64,000 nt of DNA, taken from Lepidodermella squamata (Eukaryota > Animalia > Gastrotricha). Of the stretch, positions 25,887 to 42,100 are shown one piece after another; positions within the stretch are counted from its first letter, which is position 1, and every line of letters begins with the position of its first letter. The translations under genes and the position numbers were made by a program. The notes under the pieces are model-generated. The model ran no database searches. It was not told where the DNA came from and saw nothing but the letters and a program-made list of their open reading frames with translations. Location: positions 1,240,001 through 1,304,000 of the forward strand of contig JBLDXI010000032.1 in the NCBI GenBank assembly GCA_047495785.1, read 5' to 3'.

Positions 25887-26746
25887 AATTCAAGCTTGCC
25901 GGTCATCAAGAATATGTACTATGATGACCCAATACAAGAGTATGGGAATTTTTTACTTTTAGGATATATGATGTTGCATATCGTGATCTATTTACTGAAT
26001 TAAAATGCGAACTTCGAAGTAATCGGTTGATATTTTGATGAAACATCGAAGCAAGCGAAGTAGAAAATAGATGTCTTACTCCTGAATTCAGTTTTCAATA
26101 ATTGAGTCTGAAAAAGGTTTAACAAGAGATATGCGAGGGCAGCTATACGCATAGCTTTACTTCCAATCAAATTGAGGAAAATTCAGTTGAGAAAAGAATC
26201 GATGCAATTTTCAAATAAATCATGATAAGGCGCGGGCGGCTGTCGGCGTTCTATGTGCTCCATTTATTTTGTTTGTCGAAACACAGATAACTTAGCCGAT
26301 GAGCTCCTTCCTTGCAATATTATTCTTGTACCTTTTTCTATTTTCATGAGCGAACCCTTTTATGTTCTCAGGATGAGTTAAACAATATCCGAGAGCAGTC
26401 TGGAAAAAATGAATAACAGGAAATTATGAACTAAAATTTGACCATAGCTAGTGATTATAGTTAGAGAAGCTTGGAAAAGATCATTTTTTGTTAATGAATG
26501 CGTGACAGACGCATGACTGCAGTTCGACCTGATCAAACACGCTAGACTTAGCTATTGGCAGCTGGTTTAACTATTGGCGAGCGACAAAAGCCTTCAGGAA
26601 TAGTCATAAAATTAGCTATATTACTGATTCTGCACATGATTTGACACCTCCGTGTGATCAGAGACGAAACGAAAAGAACACGATACTAAGGCGGGCATGC
26701 CAATATTGTCAATCCAAATTATTTTATAGAAGTTCAAAAAACGACG

Positions 26747-29587
26747 ATGTTTCGGAAAATTCTAATTACTCTGCTGGCTCTAAGCGTTGCCGTTTCGCTA
26801 CAGGATAATGAAACCTTGGTTACCGGGAAGCTCAAGTTGGACAGTCCCCTTCCTGAAATCTTAACAGGCTATGACAACAAAACGGACGACAATCGAACAG
26901 AGATTCGTATTATCGTGACAATGTCCTACTCTGGCTTGGTGCCAATCGGAGCTGTAGTCTCAGAAGCCCTTCAAGCGGCCCTGGAGCGCCTACGATCGAC
27001 AGGAAATTGGCTGCCAAACTATCGCGTAGTGGTCGAAACAATCGATGATCAATGCGACGATGCAATAGCCATAAACGAACTGGTTGACCGACTTCGAGAT
27101 AACGAAGCTGTGCCGAATCGCTTTCCGATTACTCTGCTCACGGAGTGTCGAGATGTTTCGCAACAGATTACTTCTATGGTGATACAACCGTTCAACTTCA
27201 TTGGGGTAATATCATCACGTTTAGATGGGTGTTACATTACTCTTCGCTTTTTTTAGATTTCCAACTACCAGCTTTACCTGCGATATTTCGAGAATCCGGA
27301 AAAATATCCGAATTTTTACCCGATTGGAGAGAGGGCTGACTACTACTACATCGCTCTGGCGAAATTTATACGTAAATTAGGCTGGACTAGGGTTGGAGTT
27401 GTCTCGGAATACGATCCCTATTGGAATCTCGTAAGCCCTATACTCAATTTCTCATCTAACTAAATAAATCCTTTCAATTTTAAGATGGATGATTTCATGT
27501 TCGACCACTTCGACAATCATAACATCACAATCGTCTACCTGAGTAAAATCATGTCAGGATCGACCGACGAAGATGAAATGGCCTCTGCAATGGAAGACTT
27601 GAAAACAAGAGACGTTCGAATTATTGTTTCACAAGCTTGGATTTCAGCTACCGTCGCCTGCTGGCTCTATAAATCTGGGTTGACAGGGCCCAACTACGTC
27701 ATCATCATGATAGGATGGGCTACGATCGACAACACCGTTCAGCCACCTAAAGATACTTGGCCGTGGTGCACTATGGAAATGCTGAGAGAAGTAAGCTAGC
27801 TAAATCAAGCCAACCCTGTTAAGCATTAAGTCTTTAAATAGGTGTCTAAAAGCATCTTCACCTACTCAGACACAACAATGGGGGATATCTTGGGGTACAA
27901 TGAAGCTAGGGACTCGACAAATTTCCCGCCAAGTGGTCTCATCCAGGCTATGAATGATCGAATTGATCATCCTGAAATGAGCCCAGGCTGGCTGTACGCA
28001 CCCTGGTGTTACTACGACCGCGTTCTTGCTATGGGGCTCCTCCTTAATGAAACTGAAACACTTCTCAACGCTCGAAACCAAACTCTATCAGACTGGACTG
28101 TAGGGACGGACAATTTCGCTGAGAATGGAAGTCAAATCGTTAGTATAATGCAATCAGCTATGCTGAGAATGAAAGGGATTGGGATGAAAGGCGATTTTCA
28201 GTTTGATGCTCATACCTCACTTCCAAACGGTACACAACCCATTCTGTTTTTCGAGAGTATCTACGAGGGCGATGAACTTAAAATGCTGCCAGCAGCTTAC
28301 TTCATGTCATCTCGAAAGGACCCGCTGGTTTTAATGAACACTCTGAAATGGAGAACATTCAGCGGCGAACCTCCGAAAGATTCTTTGACTGTGATTCAAG
28401 TAAATGCACCATTGTTAACAACGGCAGAAGATGCAACCTTGAAATCAGCTGCATCGATAACTTTGCTCATAATAGTCCTCTCACCTGTTTTGAACTCCCT
28501 GCCATATCTCTCTTCTCTGAATTCTCATTCTGCCATGGATGTTTCTGATAACTCGATCCTAATCGGCAGCTCTTCAATGCTGCTTTTGATTTTCCTATCT
28601 CCATCTAATCTAACATCTTCACTGGCGATACACTGCTCTTGCATGGCTATTTTCGCGTTCGCTGGGTACATTTTGAGCAGCTTCTCCTTACTTGTGAGTA
28701 CAGAGCGGCGTTTCAAGGATGAAATCAGCATTCAGCTGATAATGTTTCAATCATCAACCTCCCTCAGCCTGTTCAAGGCCCGGCAAAGTTTAGCGCCAAC
28801 TCTCAGCCGACCAAGCATTGCAGCTATCCCGCGTCCTAGAAAAGTCTCAAACTACGTGGTCATTCGAGTCTCGGAGACTTTCATCGACAAAATAGCGGAG
28901 TGGCTCGATAGAAAGTCCACCTTGAGTGTTATCTACACATGGTCCGCGCTTCTAGCCGGGTTGGGCATAGCAATCCTAATCATCTCTCCGATTGAGACAC
29001 AGGTGGTCACTCTCGGCTATGATATATCGAAGCTAGATGATAGCTTGGCCTTTGAAAGAAAACGGTTAGAATGCTCTGTTGTTGAAGCATCCTTATTTGG
29101 CAGTCAGGTTACAACCGTCCTAACTTGTTTAATTGCTGTCTCTCAAATCATGGTCCTGTTACGCGGAGTCTTCATGGCTAGCAAGGTCCTTTCGGTGAGT
29201 TCATTCTAAAATATGGAAGAGACAACAACTTCACATTTTGTATTTCAGAAATCAAAGAATAGCATTATTTCTGGAGGATTGAAGCGGGCCTCAGTCGCGA
29301 TAATAAGCCAATTTTCACTCACAGTTGCGGCTGTTTTCATCGGAGTCTTGAACCCTTCAAATAGCGAGTATCTTCTCATCCTTTCCTCGGCCATTATTCT
29401 CGCGTTAACATGGATCAATCTCGGCTTGATTATCCTGCCTAAAGTCGGGGCAATATTTCGTAAAGAACAGCTTATCAGCGATCGAGCATCTCTGGAACGA
29501 AAAAGCAGCGCCGGATTGAGGATCGAAAGACGGCCGTCAGCTGTTCAAATTCCTTCAAGGAACAGTTTCCTACATCCCAACAACTAG
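26747..29587 (+). CDS. Class C GPCR-like receptor (GABA-B-like), tandem copy 3
   Basis: Exons 26747-27205, 27257-27430, 27485-27790, 27842-29194, 29249-29587. Same motifs as copies 1 and 2; TM7 ends IILPK, followed by a Ser/Arg-rich tail. Confidence 0.85.
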
Positions 29588-29945
29588 AATCGACTCAATT
29601 AACAATTTTCCTTGTATTTCAAACATGAGACAAAAACGATGATTAAATAATAAATTGGTAGGAAAAATTGCACATAAAAAATCCTTTCAAAAAGCGTTTT
29701 TTTGACAATATAATACTGACGGTTGATTGGCAAGTTTGTTTTTGTGTACAAGTGTTGACTCGGAATAGGCCAATAGGCGACAATAAAGAAAGCGTTTTAC
29801 GATAGTATAATAATAATGATTGATAATAATAATTCTCACCGCGGAATAAATTATGATCGAAAAAAAATTTGCGCATAGCAAGGTACAACAATACTCGTGG
29901 AATATCATCATATTATCTTTGACTTCTCAGCTTGAGTTTTTAGCG

Positions 29946-31500
<1,555 letters not shown>

Positions 31501-32178
31501 TTATCATCGAGATTATTTGAGCCAATCAAAATTCGAGGATGCGGACGCGCAGAAATATTTCGTAATAGATTGCAAAACAAGGCTATCATTTTAAGCGCCT
31601 AGTTACTTATGATAATTTGCGTCGAATTTGCCGTGGCGTTATTAACTTCGCCGTTCGATTATTCAAATCAAGTGGCCTAATAACAGTCAATAACCAGTGA
31701 TGGGCAAATAAAATAATTGTTACTTAGAACGCGCGTGCGAGGCGCGCAAAATTATTACCTTTAAGCGCACCAACTTGTTATTTAAATTAGCCCCAGAGCG
31801 GCTGAGAAATGGCCGCGAGTTGCGCGCAAAAACTACGCCGCAAGCGATATTATTACGCGCTCGAGCTAATTATTTAAATTGAAATTTAAGGAGAAAAAAA
31901 TTGGAAATGAAAACGCACATATAAAATATCAATTTATTCCGATGAACTTTCAGCGCGTAAATGTGAATAAGTGCCGCAAATTAGGATTTATAGTTTAGCG
32001 CCGCGCTCATCTCAACTACTCCCTAGCGAGTCGGCGTGAGTGAGCCGCACAATTATGTGGTGGTACTGTAAACAAAGCGTCGAAATGGTATCGGTTTAAT
32101 GAGAGAACTTGAAAAGAAAGATGCGCACCGCAATAAAAAGGCGTGCGCGCCACCTGTGCGCGCGCGCAAAAGCTTGCG

Positions 32179-32189
32179 TAATCAGATTA
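32179..32189. promoter_or_regulatory. P3 palindromic paired-class homeodomain site (TAATCAGATTA) ~750 bp upstream of the homeobox ATG
   Basis: Exact TAATNNNATTA match and a candidate autoregulatory site. Such sites also arise by chance in AT-rich DNA. Confidence 0.3.
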
Positions 32190-35100
32190 ATATAAATCGA
32201 AATAATATACTCGACAATTATTAACAATTATGTCTGGTTTAGTGATGTAGACAGCTGCGATCGCGACGTGGCTTCCCCATTACGGTATTAGCCGTTCGAT
32301 TTCGAACGCGTAATCGGAAAAGCCGAATTGTCGTTTTTCAGGAATTTCGCAAATAATAATGAGATCAAAAACGCGTCAATACCTACAGATTAGCGCTAAA
32401 ATAAGGCACAGCGTTCATTTTTTGTACCAGCCAGGCCTCGATACGCTGCAGTCATGTGTTCCAGCGGAAATATTAATAACGATAATGGCTACTTGAGGCA
32501 TCACATGGCTCACATATTTTTGCGTTTCGCGCGTCTAATTTTCGACTAATCCAAGCGTGTGCTAATTGAATTTAATTATAATAAAAAAAATCGCGGGCGG
32601 TGATATTTTGCGTATAACTCAACAATGATAAGGGTATTACTGACACTCACTCAGAGATAATTTCCCCCCGATTGTTTCGCTAATAAGATGACCTATAATT
32701 AGCTGCCCCTTCACGTATTTTTTGTACATTTTCAGGAGTTGGTTGCGATTTCGGGTGATAAAACAAGGATTCGATACCTTCCCCCATTTAGTCTTAGGTT
32801 ATCCCTAGGTGCGTGTTCACCGCATATGTTCAAGCCCTAAAGTGCAATATTATGTATGTGGAAAAAACACGTGATTCAAAATTAAATTTCGTTTCTAACC
32901 ATGAACTTGTTATCCTAATTACTTGAGAAATTGTTCCGATGAGTTCCTATTCAATTATCGATAAGTTTCATCGGCCGAATTAAATTATCTCAATTACACT
33001 GATCTCGAGGGCTACGGTTGAAAAACACTGCTGCTCAATATAGCAACAGCCGCGGTTGATCAAAAGTCTATTAAAATGAGGATTTACATTTCTAATATTG
33101 CGTCTGAAGAAAGAGAAAAGATAGGTATGTGATAAATGAAAAGATTTGAGGAAAAATGATGGCAAGTTCCTGAGATCTCTAACTACTCCAAGATTTCATC
33201 ACCATTCATCACCAGATTTCATTCCAAGTAACCATTTTATCGGTGTAAATAGAATTTGAAGAGGAAATCATTCTGTATGAAAGCGGTGATAATAATAAAA
33301 GGAAAAAATGTCGAAGCCATCGAAACCCCGAAACATTGTCCTCTCTTAATTCCTAGTTAAATATTTAGAAAATCTGAAAATTAGATTTAGATGAAAAATG
33401 AAGATGCTCTAATATAGAAATTGCACAGAAAATATCTTCGGTCGACCGAAATCAATTGATAAGAATGATTTGAATTCGGATATACAAGTTTGCCATTCAT
33501 TTTGCAAGGTTACCGCGCGTGAAAATGATCGCCGTTCGTTACTTCCAGGTGGAGGCTATAACAAGTATGTTTTTAATTAAATAGCTATCGTTTTCAAATC
33601 TAATTCTAGGTGCGGGGGTTATAGGTGCGTTTCAAAGTTAAATAATGTGACGCTCCCTTGGATAAATCCAAATTAAATTTAGATTTGACTAGCTTGGGCC
33701 GTATCAATCAACAAACGAACTGTGTCATAGTCGGACAAAAGTCTATTTCGGGCACCATATATATATTGAAATAATTCCGCATTCATTTGAACACATTTAA
33801 AAATGGGTATGTATCTAGAGCAAAAATGGGGATATTTTTAAATATTTTTAGTAATTTAGCGGGTCATTTTGCTGCACGGACTGCGCGATAACCTGGACAA
33901 TTTTAAGGCGACGGAAATATTAGCTGTAAAATTGAAATCCTAACAAAATTAGGGACAGCCGATAAAGGATGAGGAGTCAATTTAATCGATATCTTCTACA
34001 TTATTAGCTATCAATTATCTCGCAACACCTTAACAGTGAGATCATGGGCGTGAAAATCGGGGGTTTTTTTAGTCTGTGTGACCCAAAGTAATAAATATCT
34101 GAAATTTAAAAACGCGCCGGCGACACACATTCGCATTACATTTCGAATATATGTATAGCAGTCTGATGAAATTATGGCGCTGTTAAAAATTTAATAAAAA
34201 AATTGTCTAGTACCTAATAGTATTTGTTAACATTATCAGATTTATAACGTCTCAGATGAAAATAAAAGTAGTGCGTTTTGGGGAATAAGAAAGCAGACTA
34301 TGGCAGCAGTAATTTGAAAATGCAATTAGCCATTGAAAAAATAGTAATAACTTTAGCAATAATGCAATTTTTTCAGCAAATATAATCAAGATTATTAAAT
34401 TAGAACGGCGCGGCTTGTCAAATGGAATTAAATCAAGCTAAATTTTTTATATATACGTACTATATATACTGCGTGTCTTCATATATTTATTTATTAAATT
34501 TGCTAATCCCATATCGGCGGTAAAAGTACATTAGTTTATGCTGATTATTACTTTACTGGTAATGCAATTTTTTTCGTATAGACTAGCTCACAGTCTAGCG
34601 CCGAGTCCCAAATCGGAGTAGGCCACGAGAAACCGAGAATCAAGTTACCGATTTTGAACGACAAAAAAATTGGCCTAACAAAATAATGTTCTAACAGCCC
34701 GATATCAATTAGCTGAAATAAGCAATACCTGAAAATCCATCAAATAAAGCCTGGAGCAACTACATTAACGTCGAATTAAATTTCAAGCCATTTGTCCTAA
34801 CAGCAATTTCACTAATTAATTAGATTTCAATCATTTTAACAGCCGATTTTGTTTTCCAAATGTCTTGATTCAGCGTCCTGTTATCCTAGGGACAAGCAAT
34901 TTTATTGAATTAAAGTCTGGATCTTTCAGTACTTTTCGACCAAGTCGTTTGAAGGAGGTGAAAAATTTCGAAAAATGCCTCACACTCGCGCTTTTTTTAT
35001 GGGGTAATTATTATAATGATAATGGGCGCTCGTTACGCTAATGGCTTTTCATCTCATATATACGACTCGGTGAGAAAAAAAATTATTTTTATTTTTTATC

Positions 35101-38100
35101 ATCTTAATCACTTTGCGCGTCGTGAAAAGTAAACACACCAGGTATAATGATGATATCGCTCGGGATGATTAAACACATGATACAGCAGCTTTAAAATGAA
35201 GGGGAAAAAATATTCAAAAAAATGCAGTGTTTATGACAAATAAGTTGATGAGCAGTTTCACTTTTCAGCCTCATTTTTTTCACAAGGGTTTTTGCTCACC
35301 CTAAGCAAATTTGTTTACGTTTTTATACGACCACAAATTGTCCCAAGGCGGTTTCGTTTCGCCCGGCCCGTTGAAAAATAACGTTGGCGCCTCGTTATCG
35401 CCTTAAAATAACAGCGAAAACATGTTATTTGTTAATATAAAAAGTCTTGGCCAAAAAGTTGAGAGTATTTACGCTCGATATCGATCGTCTTACCTGCGGC
35501 TGGCAAACAAACAAACAAACAAGGCGATCGCATTATTTTTACCAACCGATCACTTCAACTTTTTTTTGGGCCATCGCCCTTTCAGGCATTCCGCAATTAA
35601 TATTTTTGGCGTATATGGAGAAAAAATATAATTAAAAAGTAATGCTTCTTTTCCGCATGGATAATTCCTTTTTAATGTTGTTTATTATCTTTGAAGATAA
35701 CATTTCATTTTATATACGCTCTGCACTTGACCCCTGGTCACTTTATGAAAAGTTATATTTTTATTATAGGGGCGACAACCGGCCACACCTGGGCGACCAC
35801 CATCGCGCGCACGTGCTGCGTAAAAAAAACGCGCATCATATTTATATAAATTTTTATTGCGCGATATATTTTCAGCCCGAAAATTGTTTTTTCTTAGGTG
35901 CTAAAGTGTGCGCGCGTGCTGCATGTTTTAAGAGAAGCGACGTGACAAGTGGCTAGTCGTAAAATATTCAATTTTTTCAAGCTATATACCTCAACTCCAC
36001 TGCTTTCACACCTTCAAGTGGCATAATTATACTGTTACGCAAAAGCTAATAATTTACCTTAATTTAATATAATATATGGCTTGATAAATTTCGGGTAAAA
36101 AAGTGCGAGCTAATATGGTAATATTATGTCGGGTTTTTTTGCACCTTGGCCAACAACATTTTCGTAAAATATTTTTCAACGCGCTTTTGATTTTAAAAAT
36201 GTTGTTTTCGTTTCGATCAAGAGGCTTCTCTGCTGTTTTCCCATCATGAAACAGGTGGCTATTTTCAGCCGTAATTTATAGTATTTTTCTGAAAAAGTGT
36301 GGGAGCGCGTTTTCGCGAAAACAACACTCGGCTATATTTTAGGAATACGGCTCATTCACTTATGCGGCAAAAGCCCCGCCTTTTTACGCTTGATATAACA
36401 CGTCGGAGTTCAAAATCGCCGCGAACAATATCACAATAATTTACTAGAAATAAGATATACTCGACGCGCGTTTCATCAACAGGTGTTCTATTGAGCGTTA
36501 ACAAGCGAGGCGAAAATTTTCACTTTTGTTGCAAAAGCGGCTCGATTTAACAATAAAGACACGAGGGGACGCACATTTACTCCCCGTGACTTCGCTTCAT
36601 GTCAATTAAAGCCCTTTTACATGTCGTCGATTGCGGGATAAACTCTTACCACAATCTCGAAAATATTTTCTCACAGTGCGCGGCGTATTAAATTTAAAAT
36701 CGTCCTCCTTAATAAACAAAAAAAATCGAATTTATTTCGCTTCGATTGACAGCGCACTGCGCCAAATTATCGAATCATATTCGCGCAACTCGAGTGCGAT
36801 GATGGCGAAATTTGTTCAAGTGCCACAAGATGTGTTGCTTATAGAGTTCATCTCGTCGCGCAATCTGTCACTTGTCGCCAAATCAAGGGGTGAAACGTTC
36901 AATTATTAGCCTCGTTATTTCGGGACCTAAACTACGAGCCACCTTAAACTCAGGAAAAATTCCCAAGCGGCTAGTTAAAAGTTTAGGCTTTTAGGCCAAA
37001 GGATGGGTGACTTTGAGAAGTTTACACCTTATTATATTATTATTTATTACTAAATATCTTGAAATAGCGTTAAAGCTATAAGTAAGCGCGTTGTTTATAA
37101 TGTGCACGCGTAATGAAATTATTTCCGCGCCATTTCGGCAGCCAAGGTCAACCGCGGTTGAAACGGCTACACTGCTGTAGTCGCTATTTACTTCTGCTAT
37201 TTAGGCTCACTGCTTGTTTTCGAAGTGGCGTTGGCGCCCAATAGCAATCATAAGCAATAATAACAACGTATATAGCTGAGGGCGTCTCGCTTTTTGACGA
37301 GCGCTTCCGCAAGCTGTTCGAAAATTTCCGATTCGCGCCTCTCACATTTCACCGGCCGAAACGCGTGCCGCAACGTGAGGCCGCGTCAAAAATATGACCC
37401 TGATTATTGTTATTTACTCTTCGCTTAATTGCGACGCACTGAAAAAATTTATTTTCGATTTATTTTCTAATTTACCGCTATTACCGTATAGCTTTTTCTA
37501 AAAATTACATGCTATATGATTTTAAAGCGTTATAGCTGGCTGATTTTACTTCATCTTCCCATCATCATTATATTCTTGTTTTTTCGAGCTAGAATCTCTC
37601 AAAGAATAGATTTTCACTTGGGGTAGTTCCCTTTCTCAAGCCCTTCAGCCTCAAGTGCGGTCATTAATTATGTTAATAAAGACCAGCTCGTGCTAAATGG
37701 TGAAATGGCCGATGATGACACGGAATAAATAATTAATTAAGCCGCATTATCAGCCTCTTCATGGCGTATATTATTATTATTATTTATTATCGTTGCCATT
37801 TTTCTGCGCAGTTGAGATTGTGTTTATTTATACCGAAAAATGCGGAATATAAAAAAAAACATAATAATGACAAGTTCACAATTTTTTTCGCGCGCGCGTG
37901 CGGATTATTTGATAATGTAATGATGATGAGTGAGCAGCAATTGAGGCGGATGCGCGCTTGTTTTTAGGTGCGCGCGCTCGGCCTGCGGCCAGGCGCACTT
38001 TTTGCGGCGAGTGGCGCGTGTCGGAAATATCGCTATCGCACAATAAAAATAGCGACGACTCACTTGTTGTAAGTACAATTTATTGTTTCCCAGCCGCGCA

Positions 38101-38168
38101 TCACGCCCATATGTGCTCCAAGCATTAGTCACGGGCGCGAGGCAGCCAGGTAGTAGATAGTAGGTATA

Positions 38169-39119
38169 TGTCGTATCGCAATGAGCAATTTCCTCCAATT
38201 GACGATAGAGATATCTCTATTAGCAATTGCTTAAAGGGGGCCTCCTTTGAGCAAATTAATAAATTGTCAATAAATTATTGCCGATTGAGATATCTCTTAG
38301 AGCAATAACACATAATGTCGACGTTTATTAACGAAATATTAAAAATAAATCATTCTATTCACATCTTCTTCATTTTCATTACTCAAACTCATCGATAGAT
38401 GTCGAAAAACACATCAACTACTTGTTTTCGCAAAAATTAGTTTTTGAGCATAAACAGGAAGGACCACATTTCATAGGCTGCAGGACCTTGCCAACTTTCC
38501 AGTTACGACATGCGCAACGTTTTGTTGTTGACTTGCACCCAGACTTGCAACGGCACCCTTCAGCTTCGTCCTCCTTAAAAAAGCTTAAAAAAGGCTACTA
38601 CGGCGCTATATCCTGCGTGGCTATTCTCGGTGTGGTACTTCTTTGCACGTTCCAAGAAGGTGTCCATCGCCAGGACATGCCAATTTTCGGCTTGTTTTTG
38701 TTCGGCTTCTCGGTAATTCAGTTTACCGCCAACAACGCAAAACAAATGCCGCAGGTTGTGCTTGCGATCGGCTGTAACACCATCAACCTTTCCACTTTCA
38801 CTACAGGCTTTGATGAACAGCTCCATCTCCGCTAAATCTTTGGGCAATAAAGCTTTAGGCATTATAATATGGGTCTCTGATTTAAACTACTTTGATAAAT
38901 GTTTTCTAAATTTTCTTGTATTAAAAACTTATAAAAACCTAAACGCGTGTCTCCTAAACGGCACGTGTCGTAGTAAAATTATTGCTCAATGAGATATCTC
39001 TATAAACCACTATTTATTGCCATAGAGATATCTCTTTAGGCTATGCAGCTATCTTGGGCAGATCGGGGTTAGAGATATCTCTATCGGCAATTGGAAGAAT
39101 TGCTCATTGCGATACGACA
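38169..39119 (-). mobile_element. Non-autonomous, internally deleted TIR DNA transposon (Ginger-like), 951 bp
   Basis: ~50-bp TIRs starting TGTCGTATCGCAATGAGCAATT and ending AATTGCTCATTGCGATACGACA, flanked by TATA on both sides (38165-38168, 39120-39123). Five GAGATATCTC palindromes lie near the ends. The internal minus-strand relic encodes an H-x4-H-x-G N-terminal part and, in another frame, a Cys-rich tail CRCKSGC..RCAC..CGPSCLC..CENK. Confidence 0.85.
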
Positions 39120-42100
39120 TATATTATACTAAAACAACAGCAAATAATAGTACAATAGATATGAATGTAGAAAAATATTACTTTTACCAGTGGTGATCAC
39201 GCGCCGCGCTTGAATTGCGCTGCCTTAAATCCTATTATTGCCTAGTCACTTTTTGCGGCGCGTGAGTGATAGCGAGCGCGGCTAATCACTGAGTTGTGTT
39301 CATTATCACTTGAGCGTTCAGTCGAAAACTTTTATCATACCTAAAACCAGGTACCGCGCCTACATCACAACAACTGCTAGACACGCGTTTCGCTTTTTGC
39401 ACCTGGTTAACACTCGAGAAAAAGATGTCTAGTACCAACTACCACTCGTATTTTGGCCCACCCTAAACAACGGTAAACAACGGTGACCCGAATTAAATTG
39501 CTCACTGCGTAAAAACGTGTCGTCGCAGTACCTAGTAGTAGTAATAATAATAATAATAATAATGATTGTCAATTGTCAATTGTCATCTTTCATCTCAGCA
39601 CACACCGTGTTATCTCAGGGCTCAGACACGTCACCCGGGTTTTCGGGAGCGGGGATAAAACGTGGCGAGCGTTTCCTGTTTGTGCTTTTCGAGAGATATG
39701 TCTGGGGTCGTTGTTATTACCTACTACTACTACTACGTATGGCTATGTACGGTAAATAAATGCGAGCGCGATGAACGGCAGTAATAAATATTGCGCGCAC
39801 CCTGTGTCACTTGATAGTAATAATAACTCGCCTCCTCTCTCTTGTATCCCCGCCCCCTCGGCGGCAGCACGTTGCCACTTTTATAGCTAAAACCGGGCCA
39901 ACTCCATCTCCTCCAACCGGCCACTTGTTGTTTTATTACATTCCTGCTTCATCTTTTTTAGCGTAGTATATGACCACCTCCTCGCCTTTATTGTCCGCCT
40001 TCGACGGAATAAAGATATCAATGCGATGTGAAGAGCGCGCGCGGCAAAGTGCGCCGCTTTTTCATAGTGCGCGCTCATCTCTTGATTTTTTATTTCAAGA
40101 TATAACCCTCTGACAAGTGTCATGCGAGATGGGGCAACTACTTGATCATTAACTCAACACCTTGGTCGAGTGAATAAAAAACGCACCGCGAACAAGTGCG
40201 CGCGCGTAATATATTTTAAGGTGGACTTTTCGAAAAATCGGCCCTACACATGTAATTGTATTCTTATAAACCCGTGCGTGTGCGATATTGACAAATATTG
40301 GAGATGAAATTAGGGTGTTGTGTCACCCTGGGTCATCCCTCTCCGAGGTAACGTGTTCGCACTTACTCACACGCGTTGTCAACTTGTCGTCGAACGGCGA
40401 TCTTCTCATTATCTTTGTTGTCTTATCGCAGGGTGTCTTGTGGTCACACCATCTCGAGTCGCACAGGAAGAAATAGAGTACTCATAGGTGGGGCGTAACG
40501 GCTTTTATCCCGAGTACCCTATAGCAATTAATTTCTCGATTCGCGTATGTTAACTTACGATTAGCTTGTAAATAAGACGATATTATTGCGGAAAAATCTA
40601 ATATTAATCCTCCTCGAAAGCTTTCACGATTTTTTTTAATACTTTTCATCTTAATCCCTCGATTTTTTTATTTCGCCATATAAATATTTTCCTATTCATC
40701 GATAAGTATTTTCGTCTCAAGCTTTCCCCGCAAAGTTTTGAGGTTGTTATTGAATAATTAAGACAAAATTTGTCTCGTTTATAGCCGATATTGAGCCATT
40801 TTTATGCATTATACAAGGTGTTTATCGACGCCCCGTCAAAGTAGTTTACAAAAATAACAATAATAATCGCGATTTTGCATTGTTTGGTACAGGTCCGTCT
40901 TTAAGGCGCATCGCAATTTGAGGACACGTCGCGTCCTATTTAGCCATAGATACATGAAATATTTACACCTGTGCTATAGCTATTTTATTATTCGAAAAAC
41001 ACTTGAAACACAGCGCACCCCCAGCCGGGTTTTGCCAGGCTGCTCGCCGTTTAAAACCCGGATGCGTTTAATAACAAAACGCTGCTCAGCGTCAACAATC
41101 ATAAAATTATAATAATAACAATAACAAATCGCACACGCGCGACTAATATACAGTTATAGATATTACACCTAGATGTATTATATGTATATATGTGGGAAAA
41201 CGTCGCCCTGTTTTATTGTAATATCGGCCGAACCGGGGCTTTATTTATTTTTAAAATTCCAATAATGCGTTTTGTTTGTCGCGCCGCGTGACGCGCGTAA
41301 ATAACTGCGCTTTATTCGAAACGCGCGCGCGCGCCGCTCCAAGCAAAAAATAATAAAAACAATAAGAGGGCCGTATTAAACTCGCCATCTTCCGCTTCTT
41401 TCACCCGGCGGCCCTTTTTCGCCACTGATTTTTTCCTCCATCCGGCGTAAAATTCAAGCCATTGTGATTTCATTAAAAAATTCTTCTCTTTGTTTGTGTA
41501 TAGGAAGATTTTAATATTATGTATAAATTTCAAATCCCGACTCGCTTCGATGACCTCGTTAATTAAGGAAAGTTTGAACTTGGTATTTTTTGTTACGTTA
41601 TTTTCTCAAAGGACTTGCAAGGGCAAGATATAACGAGAAAACCACAATAGACTCATCAAACATTGCCGTCAGTTATTGAATCCTATGGTTTGATACTTGG
41701 GAAAGTTATTAAAGTTGAAGAATTTCCAACTTTTTCCTATTTTCCTGTTGAACGTCTTAATTGGAAAATTAGTTATTTCAACTTCGAAAATTGTTAAGGT
41801 TCACAGCTTGAATAAGGTTACATCCGATGGCTTCTCCATATTTTGAAATATGTTTAGCATTTTTTTCTATCGATTCCTAGGAAATGTCCCTTTCCTATCA
41901 AATTCCTTATTCGGGCTCCAAATGACTTAAATCGTGGGAAAATTCTATATAATTTTCTGTCTCATCGAATCCCATTTCTAAGGCATCGCAAAGTTCAATA
42001 GGACCCCCGTCGACTTAGGAATTTCCATTTTTTATTTCCATTTTTTTCTTTTTTACTTTATTCTTCTTGCTTTATAAGGGGAAGCGTATAGTTCCACACA

